36,146 nucleotides of DNA from Verrucomicrobiota bacterium (GTDB taxonomy: Bacteria; Verrucomicrobiota; Verrucomicrobiia; Limisphaerales; CANJSG01): the NCBI GenBank assembly GCA_038209745.1, contig JBBQXJ010000046.1, positions 1 through 36,146 on the forward strand. Direction: 5' to 3'. The translations under genes were made by a program, and so were the position numbers. Positions 22,675 through 33,700 of this stretch are shown here, piece by piece; the stretch's first letter is position 1; every line of letters begins with the position of its first letter. A model generated the notes under the pieces. That model saw nothing but the letters and a program-made list of their open reading frames with translations. It did not search any database and was not told the origin of the DNA.

Positions 22675-23859
22675 ATGACCCGAAACGACGCATCCTTTGC
22701 CGGCTTCATCGACCGGCTTCAAACCCGGCTACGAGCCTTGGGCGCCAACGCCGGCACGACTCTCGCCGAAGACGAGTTCAACGGGTTTTCTTTGGAGCTG
22801 TTTCGCCTCCAGTTCGCTTTTGTGGGTCCCTACCGCCGATTGTGCGAAGCGCGCGGGATATTGCCCGACAACATTGTTGGCTGGAGGAATGTTCCCGCCG
22901 TCCCCGCCTCCGCGTTCAAGGAACTCGAACTCACCAGTCTGCCGCCCGAAGAGCGCGTCGCCTGCTTTCATTCCAGTGGCACGACCGGCTCCAAACCGAG
23001 CCGACACATTCATGGCACGGCCTCCCTCGCACTCTACGAGACGTCGTTGCTCGGGTGGTTTCGTCGGCATGTGCTGGGCGATTGGGACCGGCTCGCCGAG
23101 GACGAGGTCATCGGTCCGCTGGACAAGCCCGGCCTCCTGATCCTGACGCCGTCGGCGGACAAGGCGCCCCATTCGTCGCTGGCCCACATGTTCGAGACCG
23201 TGCGGCGCGAGCTCGGCGCCCGTGACTCCGTCTTCACCGGCCGAGTCGGCGCGGACGGCGGCTGGGAGCTGGACATCGAGGCCACGCTCTTCGGTCTGCG
23301 GAAATCCATGTGCGCAAACCGGCCCGTTACGTTGTTGGGAACCGCGTTTTCCTTCGTCCACCTGCTCGATCATTTCGCCGCGAACAACATCCGCTATCGC
23401 TTGGCCGAAGGTTCCCGCGTGATGGAGACCGGCGGTTACAAGGGCCGTTCCCGGGAATTGCCCAAGGCAGAACTCCACGCCCTGATCACGAAGCATCTCG
23501 GCATTCCCGCCGCCCGTATCGTGGTGGAATATGGGATGAGCGAGCTCGGTTCTCAGGCGTATGATCGAGGAGCGTGTTGGGGCGGGACGACGACGGACGA
23601 CGGATCCCAGATGCCGGATGCCGCAACGCGGACGCTCCACTTCCCTCCGTGGACCCGCGTGCGCTTGATCTCGCCCGAGACCGGAGAAGAATCGTCGATC
23701 GGCCAACCCGGACTGGTGAGGATCCATGACCTGGTCAACGTCGCGTCCGTCCAAGCGCTCCAGACCGAAGACCTGGGCATTGTCCGTGGCGGTGGCTTTG
23801 AACTGCTGGGCCGGGCCACTGCTGCGGAGGCGCGGGGATGCTCTTTGATGCCCGCATGA
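22675..23859 (+). CDS. LuxE-family acyl-protein synthetase
   Basis: FHSSGTTG, ETGGYKGR, YGMSEL, DLVN...LQTEDLG, FELLGR, C-terminal ARGCS with the conserved Cys. Confidence 0.88.
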   Translation: MTRNDASFAGFIDRLQTRLRALGANAGTTLAEDEFNGFSLELFRLQFAFVGPYRRLCEARGILPDNIVGWRNVPAVPASAFKELELTSLPPEERVACFHSSGTTGSKPSRHIHGTASLALYETSLLGWFRRHVLGDWDRLAEDEVIGPLDKPGLLILTPSADKAPHSSLAHMFETVRRELGARDSVFTGRVGADGGWELDIEATLFGLRKSMCANRPVTLLGTAFSFVHLLDHFAANNIRYRLAEGSRVMETGGYKGRSRELPKAELHALITKHLGIPAARIVVEYGMSELGSQAYDRGACWGGTTTDDGSQMPDAATRTLHFPPWTRVRLISPETGEESSIGQPGLVRIHDLVNVASVQALQTEDLGIVRGGGFELLGRATAAEARGCSLMPA

Positions 23860-23881
23860 CCGCGACCCGGGTTCTTTTTCC

Positions 23882-25123
23882 ATGGTGACCACCTCTCCCC
23901 ATCACACCCGCACGCTCTGGCTCATCGGTGCGCTCCACGCGTTCACCCATCTGAGCTCGGTCATCCTGCTTCCGCTGTATCTGCCGATCGTCCGCGACCT
24001 GAAACTCTCCGGTGAAAACGAGGCGACCGCCCTGGTCTCGGTCATCATGGTTTCCTACTTCCTGCCCAGCTACCTCATGGGCGTGCTCGCCGACAAGGTG
24101 TCGCGCAAAGGCCTGCTCGGCTGGGGGCTCGCCTTGAACGCGCTCGGCTTCATCGGTCTGAGCCAGGCGCCGTCCTACGGCTGGGCCATCGCGGCGTGTG
24201 TGCTGGCCGGGTTCGGCGGCAGTTTCTTCCATCCGGCCGCGACGGCGCTCATTGCCCGGTTGTTTCCGATCGGAACCGGCCGCGCCCTGGGCCGCATCGG
24301 CATCGGTGCGTCGGTCGGGTTCGCCATCGGTCCGACCTACGCGGGCTGGCGCGCGGAAGCGGCGGGTTGGAGGCAGCCCGTGCTGGAATTCGGCATCCTC
24401 GGTCTGGTGATGGCGGTCGCGTTTTGGTGGCTCGGCGAATCGGCGCCCAGTGTCCCGAAGAAGCCGGCCGCCGCCGCCCCGGCCTCTCCGCTGAAGCTCG
24501 GTTCATCGCAAACGCGGGTGCCGATGTTCCACGGTGCGGTACCGTGGATTTTGTTCCTGTTCGCGGCCCTGTTTTTTACCCTGCGCGACTTCGCCGGATT
24601 CGGCATGGGAAGCCTGGGGTCGTTGTTTCTCCAGCACGTCCACCACTTCTCGCTGAAGGAAACCGGACTGACGTTGAGCGGCCTTTTCCTCGCGTCGGCC
24701 ATCAGCAACCCGCTGTTCGGTTCCCTCTCCGACAAGCACCGCACCGGCTGGATCGCCTTCGTCCTGATCGCGGCGGCGATCCTGGTCGCGGTGGTGCCGT
24801 TCGTGCCGCCGGGCTCGATCGTCTTCGTTCTGCTGGCCTACGGTTTTTTCTTGATGGCGAGCTATCCGATGGTCGAGGCCGCCCTCATGCAAGTGGTGCC
24901 CGATGCCGTGCGCGGCCGCGTCTTTGGTCTGTGGATCACCATCGGCGGACTCATCAGCAACCTCTCCCACTGGATCATCGGCACCTGGGTGAAATCCCTC
25001 GGACCGGCCGCCGATGTGGAATCGAGCTACTATCCCGCCTACGGACTGCTCGCCGCGTTCGTCCTGGTCTCCATCGGTGGCGCGTTCTGTCTGAGAGCGC
25101 TGGCGAAGCGGCAGAGTCCTTAA
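23882..25123 (+). CDS. MFS transporter (Fsr-like)
   Basis: About 12 TM segments; GVLADKVSRK, FFHPAA, GSLSDK motifs. Confidence 0.92.
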   Translation: MVTTSPHHTRTLWLIGALHAFTHLSSVILLPLYLPIVRDLKLSGENEATALVSVIMVSYFLPSYLMGVLADKVSRKGLLGWGLALNALGFIGLSQAPSYGWAIAACVLAGFGGSFFHPAATALIARLFPIGTGRALGRIGIGASVGFAIGPTYAGWRAEAAGWRQPVLEFGILGLVMAVAFWWLGESAPSVPKKPAAAAPASPLKLGSSQTRVPMFHGAVPWILFLFAALFFTLRDFAGFGMGSLGSLFLQHVHHFSLKETGLTLSGLFLASAISNPLFGSLSDKHRTGWIAFVLIAAAILVAVVPFVPPGSIVFVLLAYGFFLMASYPMVEAALMQVVPDAVRGRVFGLWITIGGLISNLSHWIIGTWVKSLGPAADVESSYYPAYGLLAAFVLVSIGGAFCLRALAKRQSP

Positions 25124-25126
25124 CCC

Positions 25127-25261
25127 CAGATGGACACCGATGAACACAGACCGGGAACTCCCGAAGCCGCCGCAGCGATTGGACGGGCGGCTGTCTCCAA
25201 TTCGTTGGACCGTCAGTTTAGCATGGTCGGCACGACCTCTCTGTTCATCTGTGTCCATCTG
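25127..25261. repeat. Inverted-repeat element with 10-bp periodic arms (REP/MITE-like)
   Basis: CAGATGGACACCGATGAACA (25127-25146) matches the reverse complement of TGTTCATCTGTGTCCATCTG (25242-25261) at 19/20. Confidence 0.8.
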
Positions 25262-25278
25262 TCGTTGTTCCAAAACGT

Positions 25279-26643
25279 ATGATCCACGAACTGCCCAACT
25301 ATTTCCTCGCCGACCTGCCTCCGGAACCCCCACTGGCGGCTTCGACCGTGACCGAGGCGTGCCGGACCCTCCGGCGCAATCGCGCCAAGTATCTCGCCGA
25401 TCGTTCGACGGCCGACATGGTGCGTTCTCTCAGCCGGCTCGCGGCCGATTGGCTCGATCCGGAATTCTCCTTTCGGCAAACGGCCCTGGGCGAAGGTCCC
25501 GCCGCGACGGGCTTCTCGCGGGAAACCTTGGAGGCGGGGCTCGATGCGTTCTTCCGCTCCGTCACGCCCGAGTCGTTGAACACCCTCCTGCTCCAGGAGC
25601 TGGGCCACGTCGAGCGGCTCGATGGACCCGTGCAGTCGGACTTTGAATGGGAAACCGGCCGCGCGGCCATGGCCATCGGCCCGGAACTGATCGTCCACAT
25701 TGCCGGCGGTGTGCTGCCGAATCCGGTCTTCACCTCGATGATCCACGGCCTGTTGGTACGTTCGGCGCAGTTCGTGAAGTGCGCATCCGGCACCGCGTTC
25801 CTTCCGCGCCTCTTCGCGCATTCGATCTATCAACTGGACTCCAAGCTCGCCTCCTGTCTCGAAGTCGCCGAATGGCGCGGCGGCAGCGAAACCCTGGAGC
25901 ACGCGCTCTTCGCCGAGGCCGACATCGTGACCGCCATGGGCAGCGACGAGACCCTCGAAGCGCTGCGCAATCGGGTGCCCGGGAAGCTTCTCGGGCATGG
26001 CCATCGCGCCAGCTTCGGCTACGCCACGCTCGAAGCCGTTTCGGGCCTGAACGTGGCCAAGCTCATCACGCGCGCCGCCGAAGACGTCGCGGCTTGGGAC
26101 CAGCTCGGCTGCCTCTCGCCGCATGTGATCTACGTGGAAGGCGGCGGCAAGGTGACGCCCGAACAGTTCGCCGAACGGTTGGTCAACGAGCTCAAGATCC
26201 TGGAAGGGCGACGTCCACGCGGGTCCTTGTCCACCGAGGCCGCCGCAGCCCTCGCCATCCGTCGATCCGTCTTCGAAATCCGAGCCTCCCAGTCCGCCGA
26301 GACGCGGCTCTGGACCAGCTCCGGGACCTCGGCCTGGACGGTCGTCTTCGAGGCCGAGCCGGTCTTCTCGCTGTCTTGTGGACACCGCTTCATCTTCGTC
26401 AAACCCGCTCCGTCGCTGACCGAAGTCCTGCGTCAGGCCGAGATGCAGCGCGGCAAGATCTCCACCGTCGGACTGGCGGCCACCGAGGACCGCGCCCCGG
26501 TCCTCGTCCGCGAACTGGCCCGGTGGGGCGTGACGCGGGTCTGCCCGCTTGGCGAGATGCAGAACCCGCCGCTGACGTGGCGCCACGACGGACGCCCCGC
26601 ATTGGGCGACCTGGTCACGTGGGTGGATTGGGAACAGGGATGA
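25279..26643 (+). CDS. LuxC-family acyl-CoA/acyl-protein reductase
   Basis: [35 protein letters not shown] (catalytic Cys), [11 protein letters not shown]...HDG motifs. Confidence 0.9.
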   Translation: MIHELPNYFLADLPPEPPLAASTVTEACRTLRRNRAKYLADRSTADMVRSLSRLAADWLDPEFSFRQTALGEGPAATGFSRETLEAGLDAFFRSVTPESLNTLLLQELGHVERLDGPVQSDFEWETGRAAMAIGPELIVHIAGGVLPNPVFTSMIHGLLVRSAQFVKCASGTAFLPRLFAHSIYQLDSKLASCLEVAEWRGGSETLEHALFAEADIVTAMGSDETLEALRNRVPGKLLGHGHRASFGYATLEAVSGLNVAKLITRAAEDVAAWDQLGCLSPHVIYVEGGGKVTPEQFAERLVNELKILEGRRPRGSLSTEAAAALAIRRSVFEIRASQSAETRLWTSSGTSAWTVVFEAEPVFSLSCGHRFIFVKPAPSLTEVLRQAEMQRGKISTVGLAATEDRAPVLVRELARWGVTRVCPLGEMQNPPLTWRHDGRPALGDLVTWVDWEQG

Positions 26644-27011
26644 ACATCATGGAACTACGAAAGACATTTCACTTCGAGGCCGCCCATCGGCTCCCGCTGT
26701 TGGCGGAGGGCCACAAATGCTGGCGTCTGCACGGCCACAGCTTCGCGGTCGAGATCGCGGTCGAAGGACCGGTCGATCCGAAGCTCGGCTGGGTCATGGA
26801 CTACGCCGACATGAAGGCCGCCTTCAAACCGCTCTGGGACCAGCTCGACCACAACTACCTCAACGAGCTGCCCGGCTTGGAAAACCCCACCAGCGAAATC
26901 GTCGCGGTCTGGATCTGGGACCGCTTGAAGCCGAGGTTGCAGTTGTTGACTGAAGTGGTCGTCGCCGAGACCTGCACCGCGCGCTGCGTGTATCGGGGTG
27001 AGAAGAACTGA
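26640..27011 (+). CDS. queD: 6-carboxy-5,6,7,8-tetrahydropterin synthase
   Basis: [16 protein letters not shown] (C-x3-HGH), LDHNYLN, NPTSE, ETC; ATGA overlap with the luxC-like stop. Confidence 0.93.
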   Translation: MNIMELRKTFHFEAAHRLPLLAEGHKCWRLHGHSFAVEIAVEGPVDPKLGWVMDYADMKAAFKPLWDQLDHNYLNELPGLENPTSEIVAVWIWDRLKPRLQLLTEVVVAETCTARCVYRGEKN

Positions 27012-27045
27012 TTCGCGGGCGCAGAAGGGCTGTCGGCGATACGCG

Positions 27046-27768
27046 TCAGCCCAGGGCCAGAATGTCGTGAAGGATTTCCGGAGGGTGCCCGGCTCCAGAT
27101 TTCACTGCGATGGCGACGGCGTTTTTCCCAGACAGACGCCGGCGCCAAAAGAACCAATCGGCGGGGTCGTCGTTCAAGACCTGGCCGAATCGCACCTGCG
27201 TTTCGTGTTCGGGAAGGAGATGGAAGGCGCAAGCTTTGAGGTCCAATCCCAGACCTTCACCGCGCGCTTTGGCGTATGCTTCCTTCAGCGTCCAGAAATC
27301 ATAGAAGCGAGCGGTGCGTTCTTCCGGCGGCAACTGGTCCAGAGCGTGGAGTTCCGTTGCGGAAAAGACCGTTTCGGCGGCGTCCAGCAGATCGGCGTGG
27401 GCGCAGATTCGCTCCACGTCGACTCCGATTGCGGAGGTTTGGCTCGTCGCGCAGACGATCATGCCGTCGGTGTGGGCGAGGTTGAAGCGGATGCCGGTTG
27501 CGGCCTCGGGCCGCGCGACCTCGGGCTTGCCGAACGCGCTTCGGCGGAAACGCCATTCGCCCGGCGCTATCGGTAGACTCCGGGACAGGGCGAGCCGCAC
27601 AACGGTGCGGCCGAGGAGGAACCGGGCACCGTCGGTTGGCTTTCGGAAGCGCCGGGCTTCTCCCCGTTCTTCGGCGGAGACGACGTTCAGAGACTCGTGG
27701 AGGTCGGCCAAGGCAACGGGATCTCCCACTTGCAAGCTGAAGAGGTGGATGAGTCCGGGACGGTTCAA
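27046..27768 (-). CDS. Sfp-type 4'-phosphopantetheinyl transferase
   Basis: GKP, FNLAHT, IGVDVE, WTLKEAYAKARGEG; probable TTG start overlapping the NRPS stop (TTGA 27765-27768). Confidence 0.92.
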   Translation of the reverse strand: MNRPGLIHLFSLQVGDPVALADLHESLNVVSAEERGEARRFRKPTDGARFLLGRTVVRLALSRSLPIAPGEWRFRRSAFGKPEVARPEAATGIRFNLAHTDGMIVCATSQTSAIGVDVERICAHADLLDAAETVFSATELHALDQLPPEERTARFYDFWTLKEAYAKARGEGLGLDLKACAFHLLPEHETQVRFGQVLNDDPADWFFWRRRLSGKNAVAIAVKSGAGHPPEILHDILALG

Positions 27769-30700
27769 GAGGAACCTCTGTTCCTGCGGGCCATGACTTC
27801 GCCGATCGCTTTGGCCAGCGCCGCGCGATGGGGTTCTCGCTGGAACATCGAGTGGTGTTCGCCTTCGACAGGGACGATCTCCACACCGTCCGGGTGCAGG
27901 CGGTTCCAGCCGAGGCTTTCGTCCATGCCGTGGAGTTCGTTTTCTTTGGCGTGGATCGCCCGGAAAAGCGCCACCGATCCGGGAAGGGGTTTGGCCCGAA
28001 GATTGGCGAAAATCTTTTGGTAGATCGCCAGCATGCACCCAACGGTGATGCCTTCTCCCTCGTCGTCGATCAGGGAGGTCACGGCGTGCATGTGGGGCTC
28101 CGGAGGAAGCTTCTGAAACCAGGCCCAGAGGCGGCGCTTCTGACGGACGACCACCTCCCAGGTAAGCTTCCAGGTCGCGCGAAGGTTTGATCGAAACGTG
28201 GAAAAGACCTCTTTCCAGGGGCCTTCGACGGGGTGTTGCCTCCACAACTGAGCAACGCGGTGATTCCAGATCTGGAAGATGGACGGATCGTAGGCCCAGG
28301 CGTCGAAGAGGAAAAGATCGTCGACCCGGTGACCGGAACGGCGGAGTTGGCGGGCGGCTTCGTGAGCCATCAATCCGGCGAAGGAGAACCCGGCCAAGAT
28401 GCACCCGGAGGCGTCGGGCGATTTCCGGATCTCCGCCGTATAGGGGGCGACGAGTTCTTCGAGCGTTGGCAGGGCCGAGGTCCGGCCTTCCGCGGCCGCG
28501 GCATGCCATTCCTTTCGCCAGGGGACCTGGATGCCGAAGACCGGCCCCGCTTCATGGAACAAGCTGGCCAGATTCCACTCGTCCGGTCCGGCATAGAGGA
28601 AGAACACCGGCCTGGTTCCTGAGCCTCGCCGCAGCGGCACGATGCGGGCCGTCGGAGCCGTTCCGGGCCCGCGAGAAGCGAGGCAATGGGCGAGCTTCTC
28701 GATCGTCGGGTGGTTGAAAAGGTCGACTGTGCCGAGACCCGCTATGAGGTCTCGGTTGATCCGGTGCACCATCCTCACTGCGAGCAGGGAATGTCCGCCG
28801 AGCGAAAAGAAGTCCTCCTCGATCCCGATCCCGGACAGTCCGAGCAGTTCCTCCCAGATCGCCGCGAGCCGGCTCTCCATTTGGGATCGCGGCGCGGTGA
28901 CGGCGGCTTCGGGTCGTGCATTCCATCCGTCCAACGCGCCCAAGGCGCGGCGGTCGATCTTGCCGTTGGGGGTCAGCGGAAACGCGGCCACGGCGAGGAA
29001 TGCCGATGGCTGCATGTGGTCTGGAAGTTTACCGGCGAGGAATTGGCGCAGTTCGCCTTTGGTCGGAGCCGGCTCGGACCGTGCCACGAAACAGGCGGCG
29101 AGGGTCTTGCCCCGGGGGTCGGTCCGGACGATCGCCGCGACCTGGCCCACGTGCGGGTGGGAAGCGAGGACCGCTTCCAGTTCGCCGAGTTCGACGCGGA
29201 AGCCGCGGATCTTCACCTGGTCGTCCACGCGTCCGAGAAACTCGATCGATCCGTCCGGTCGATAACGGGCGCGGTCTCCGGTTCGATAGAGACGTGAACC
29301 CGGTCGTGAGGAGAACGGATCGGCGACGAATTTTTCCCGGGTCAGCTCCGGGCGATGGAGATAGCCACGGGCGAGGCCGTCGCCGCCGATGAAGAGTTCC
29401 CCGGGCATGCCCACCGGCACGGGTTGGAGGTGCGCGTCGAGCAGATGGACGCGGGTGTTGGCGATTGGCCGGCCGATGGGTACGGAACGTTCCGCGTCGT
29501 CGGACTCGTGGATGTCGTGGCAGCAGGCGAAGGTGGTGCTCTCGGTCGGGCCATAGCCGTTGATCAAACGGCAGCCGACCAATGCCTTCCGTGCGCGGAC
29601 GACGTGGGAGGGCGACAACGCGTCGCCGCCGGCGAGCAATTGGCGCAGCGGCTTCAGGTCGTCCAGCCGTTCCTCGACCATCAGATGGAACAGTCCCGAC
29701 GTAAGCCAGAGGGTGGTGATACCGCGCGCTTTGATTTCACGGCCGATGTCCTCCAGACCCGGGCGGCCGGGAGGCATTAGCACCAATCGGCCCCCGTTCA
29801 GCAGCGGACCCCATATCTCGAAGGTGGAGGCGTCGAAGGCCAGGGGCGCCATCTGGAGGAAGACTTCGTCCGGACCGAACGATGCGTAGCGGGTGCCCTT
29901 GACCAGACGGACCACGCCACGATGGGGAATTTCGACGCCCTTGGGTTGCCCGGTCGAACCGGAAGTGTAGATCACGTAGGCGAGATCGTCCGGCGAGCCG
30001 CCGCGAAGTCTGGTCGAGGGTTTTGCGTCGGGCGGCTCGTCGTCGAGATCGAGCGTCGCCGGGGGCTTGAACGACCCGTCTTCGGCTGCGGCTGCAATCC
30101 ATCGGGCGGCTTCGGAGTGGAGACGCGTTTGGGTCAGCAACACCCTGGGCGAGGCGTCGCGCAACATGAAGACGAGACGTTCGCGCGGGTAGTCGGGATC
30201 GAGCGGAAGGTAGGCGCCGCCGGCCTTGAGGATCGCAAGCAGGCCCACGACCATCTCCATGGATCGCTCGACACTGATCCCCACCAACACATCGGGGCCC
30301 ACGCCGAGATCGACGAGGGACTTGGTCCAACGTTCTGCCTGTTGGTTCAACTCGAAGTAGGTGAGGGATTGTTCGCCGATTTGAACCGCCACCCGGTCAG
30401 GGGTGCTGCGCGCCTGTTGTTCGAAGAGTTCATGCACCCGCCGGTCGCGCGGGTAGTCGTCCGCAGTGTCGTTCCATTCGACCACGAGCTGGTGGCGTTC
30501 CGCTTCGGAGAGAAGGGGCAGAAACGAGATCCGCTGCTGCGGTTGGGCCACGACGCTTTGCAGCAGCGCCATGAGATGCTTTGCCCATCGGGCGGCGGTA
30601 GCGGGCAGGAACAGTCCGGAGTCGTATTCGAGAAACCCTTCGAGGCCATCGCCGGTCTCCGTCAGGACGAGGGTGAGGTCGAACTTCGCCGTGCCGGTGC

Positions 30701-33700
30701 AGACCGGGTCCCAGCGCCATGAGATCCCGTCCATTTGTCCCGTGCTTTGGGGCGTGTTCTGCAGCACGAAGACGGATTGGAAGAATGGGTTGGTGCCCGC
30801 GGTCCGACCGGGGAGCAGCGTTTCGACGAGTTGGCCGAAGGGCAGGTCCTGGTGGTCCTGGGCCTCCCACGCGGTGTGGTGGACCTCGGCGAGGAGAGCC
30901 TCGAACGTCGGATTGTCGGCGCAGTCGGCCTTCAGCGGAAGGACGTTCACGAACATCCCGACGAGATCCTCAGTCTCGACCCTCGTCCTTCCCGCAAGCG
31001 GCGTGCCGACAACCACGACCGGTTGGCCGGAGAGGCGGTGCAGCAAAACATGGAATGCCGAGAGGAGGACCGAGAACAAGTTGCAGCCGCGGCTGAGCGC
31101 CAGCCCCTTCAGGCCGGCGGCGAGCGATGGGGATATACGCACCGGTTCCCAGGCTCCGGGCCGCCGTCGTTCTGAGTTGCGGGGCCGATCCGCAGGCAGT
31201 TCGAGTTCCGCCGGAGCCTCCGCAAGTTGATCGCGCCAGTAGGCGAGATGGCCGGCGGCTGGCGCGGAACGCTGGCCGTCGCGCTGCCAGCCGGCGAAGT
31301 CGGCGAACCGGAAGCCCTTTTCCGGAAAAGAAGCAGGTCTGTTCGCGCGAAAGGAGTTGTAGCTCTTGGCCAAATCCCGCGCGATCACGCCCAGCGACCA
31401 GCCGTCGCAAACGGCGTGATGGGCGACCAGAAGAAGGATGTGGAATTGCCCGCCGGTTTGAATCAGGTGGGCCCGGAAGAGGGGGCCATGGGCGAGATCG
31501 AAAGGCGCAATGGCGCGGTCCGTCAGGACTTGATCCAGGCTTTTTGAAGCCTCCGGTTCGGTCCCTTTAACGAACGCCAATTCCTCGAAGCTGCAGGAGC
31601 CGGCTGGATGGACCGTCTGCATGAGTCCGCTGCCATGCAGGGTGAAAGTGGTCCTCAGCGGTTCGTGGCGACGAACGAGAGCGTCCAGCGCGGCCCGAAG
31701 CGACGGTTTGTCCAAAGAGCCGTCGAGATGGATCGCCGTGGGCAGATTGTAGGCCACGTTCCCCGGATCGAGCTGGTCCAGTAGCCAGAGCTGTTGCTGG
31801 GCGGTGGAGGCGGGAAACTGTCCAAGCTCGGTGCCCGTATTCTGCACTGGCATTTCCGGGGCGTGCGCCGCTCCCCGCTCGGGGGCGTCGACGAACGCCC
31901 CGAGCCGAGCAATCGTGGGGTGCTCCAAAAGAGCGCGGACGGGAAGATCGATCGCGAACGCGGCGCGAACGCGGGAGACGACGCGGACCGCCTTCAAGGA
32001 ATGGCCTCCCAGTTCGAAGAAATTCTCGTTCGCGGCGACGGTTTTCAGACCGAGGATCTCGCCCCAGATTTCGGCGAGTCCGATTTCCGTGGGGGTGCTG
32101 GGCGGAGTTTGTCCGCCAGCGGTGCGGACCCTGTCCTTGGGCAGCGCAGCCAGGGCTCTGCGGTCGACCTTGCCGTTCGGGGTCAGCGGCATCGCCGGCA
32201 CCCCAACGATGAACGACGGGATCATGTGTTCGGGAAGCCTGGATCGGATGAAAGCCCGCAGCGTGACGGGTGCGACCGCTTCGGGGGATTCTCCTTCCAC
32301 GTAGGCGACGAGACAATTCTCGCCGTCTTCTTCCTGGGCCGTGACCAGCGCCTGACGGACTCCGGGAGATGTTTCCAAAACGGCCTCAATTTCCCCGAGT
32401 TCGATGCGGAAGCCGCGGATCTTCACCTGGTGGTCGAGGCGACCGAGGAACTCGATGTTGCCGTCGTCGAGGTATCGGGCGAGGTCGCCGGTGCGATAAA
32501 GCCGCGCCCCCGGCGACAGGTCGAAGGGATTGGAGACAAACTTCTCGGCCGTGAGATCGGTCCTGTTGAGGTAGCCCCGGGCCAGGCCTTCGCCGCCGAG
32601 GAAAAGCTCTCCCGGAACACCGATGGGCTGGGGTTGGAGATGGCGGTCCAGGATGTAGGCCTGCGTGTTGGCGATGGGTCGTCCGATGGTCGTCGGGCCC
32701 CCGCGGGTCCGCAGGGTGAAGGTCGAATAGACCGTGTCCTCGGTGGGGCCGTAGAGGTCGTAGACTTTCTGGACGTTCGACTCCGCGTAGATCCTTTCGA
32801 CCAACGCGGCGGGCAATGGTTCTCCGGCGAGATTGACCGTCTGGACCGATGGAGGAAGCGGCGAGGATCGGAGCAGTTCGGCCAGGGCCGATGGCACGGT
32901 GTTGACCAGCTTGACCTCGCTCCGTGCGGGCAGCGTCGGAAGCTGGAGGATGTTGTCCGCCAGCAGGACCGTCCCGCCCAAGCTGAGTGGAACGAAGAGT
33001 TCGAACACCGAAAGGTCGAAGCAGATGGAGGTCGCGAACAGGACTCCGGCGAGTTCCTCGGGGCCAAAGACGGTCCGGGCCCATTCGACGAGGGCGACCA
33101 CGCTGCGATGTTCGATGGCCACGCCCTTCGGCCGACCGGTCGATCCCGAGGTGAAGATGACGTAGGCAAGATCACCCGGGCTGCCGGTGCAGACCCAATC
33201 CCCTTCGCTCTCCTCGGAAACGTCCAGCGAATCCAGACAGACAACCTGCGCACGGTGGTTAGGCAGGGCGGAAAGGTGGCGATCCTCGGTCAACAATATC
33301 CCGCAGTCTGCGTCCTCCACGATGAACGCGATGCGATCCCGGGGGTAGGCGGGGTCCAGCGGGACGTAGGCGGCCCCCGTCTTCAGGATCGCCAAGAGCC
33401 CGATCACCATGGCCCGCGAGCGGTCCATGAATATGCCGACCCGCCTTTCCGGACCCGCTCCAAGCCGCGTCAGGTGGTGGGCCAAACGATTGGCGGCCGA
33501 GTTGAGCTCGCGATAGGTGAACCGCTTCTCGCCCGCGACGAGCGCGATCGCGTTCGGCGTCCGATCCGCCTGGGCCTCGATCAATTGATGCAGACAGCGA
33601 TCGCGCGGATACGCGAGGGACGTGTCGTTCCACTCCACGAGGACCCGGCGCCGTTCCGTTTCGGGCATCAGCGGGAGTTCCGCAACACGCATCTGCGGAT

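Noticed and set aside
25127..25261. CRISPR array
   Set aside because: The repeats are inverted with only two arms, there are no spacer-separated direct repeats, and no cas genes.
22675..26643. Bioluminescence operon
   Set aside because: No luxA, luxB, luxD or luxG in the window; LuxC/LuxE homologues alone do not imply light production.
26640..27011. PTPS-III (FolB-bypass) or deazaguanine DNA-modification cluster
   Set aside because: The motif is C-x3-HGH (QueD type), and no dpd, queC, queE or folE genes are nearby.
25647..27011. 454-aa ORF as a long QueD fusion; likewise extended N-termini of gyrB, ADH, ATPase and PPTase in the ORF track
   Set aside because: The extensions overlap other genes or intergenic DNA and are non-homologous; downstream starts fit family lengths and stop/start overlaps.
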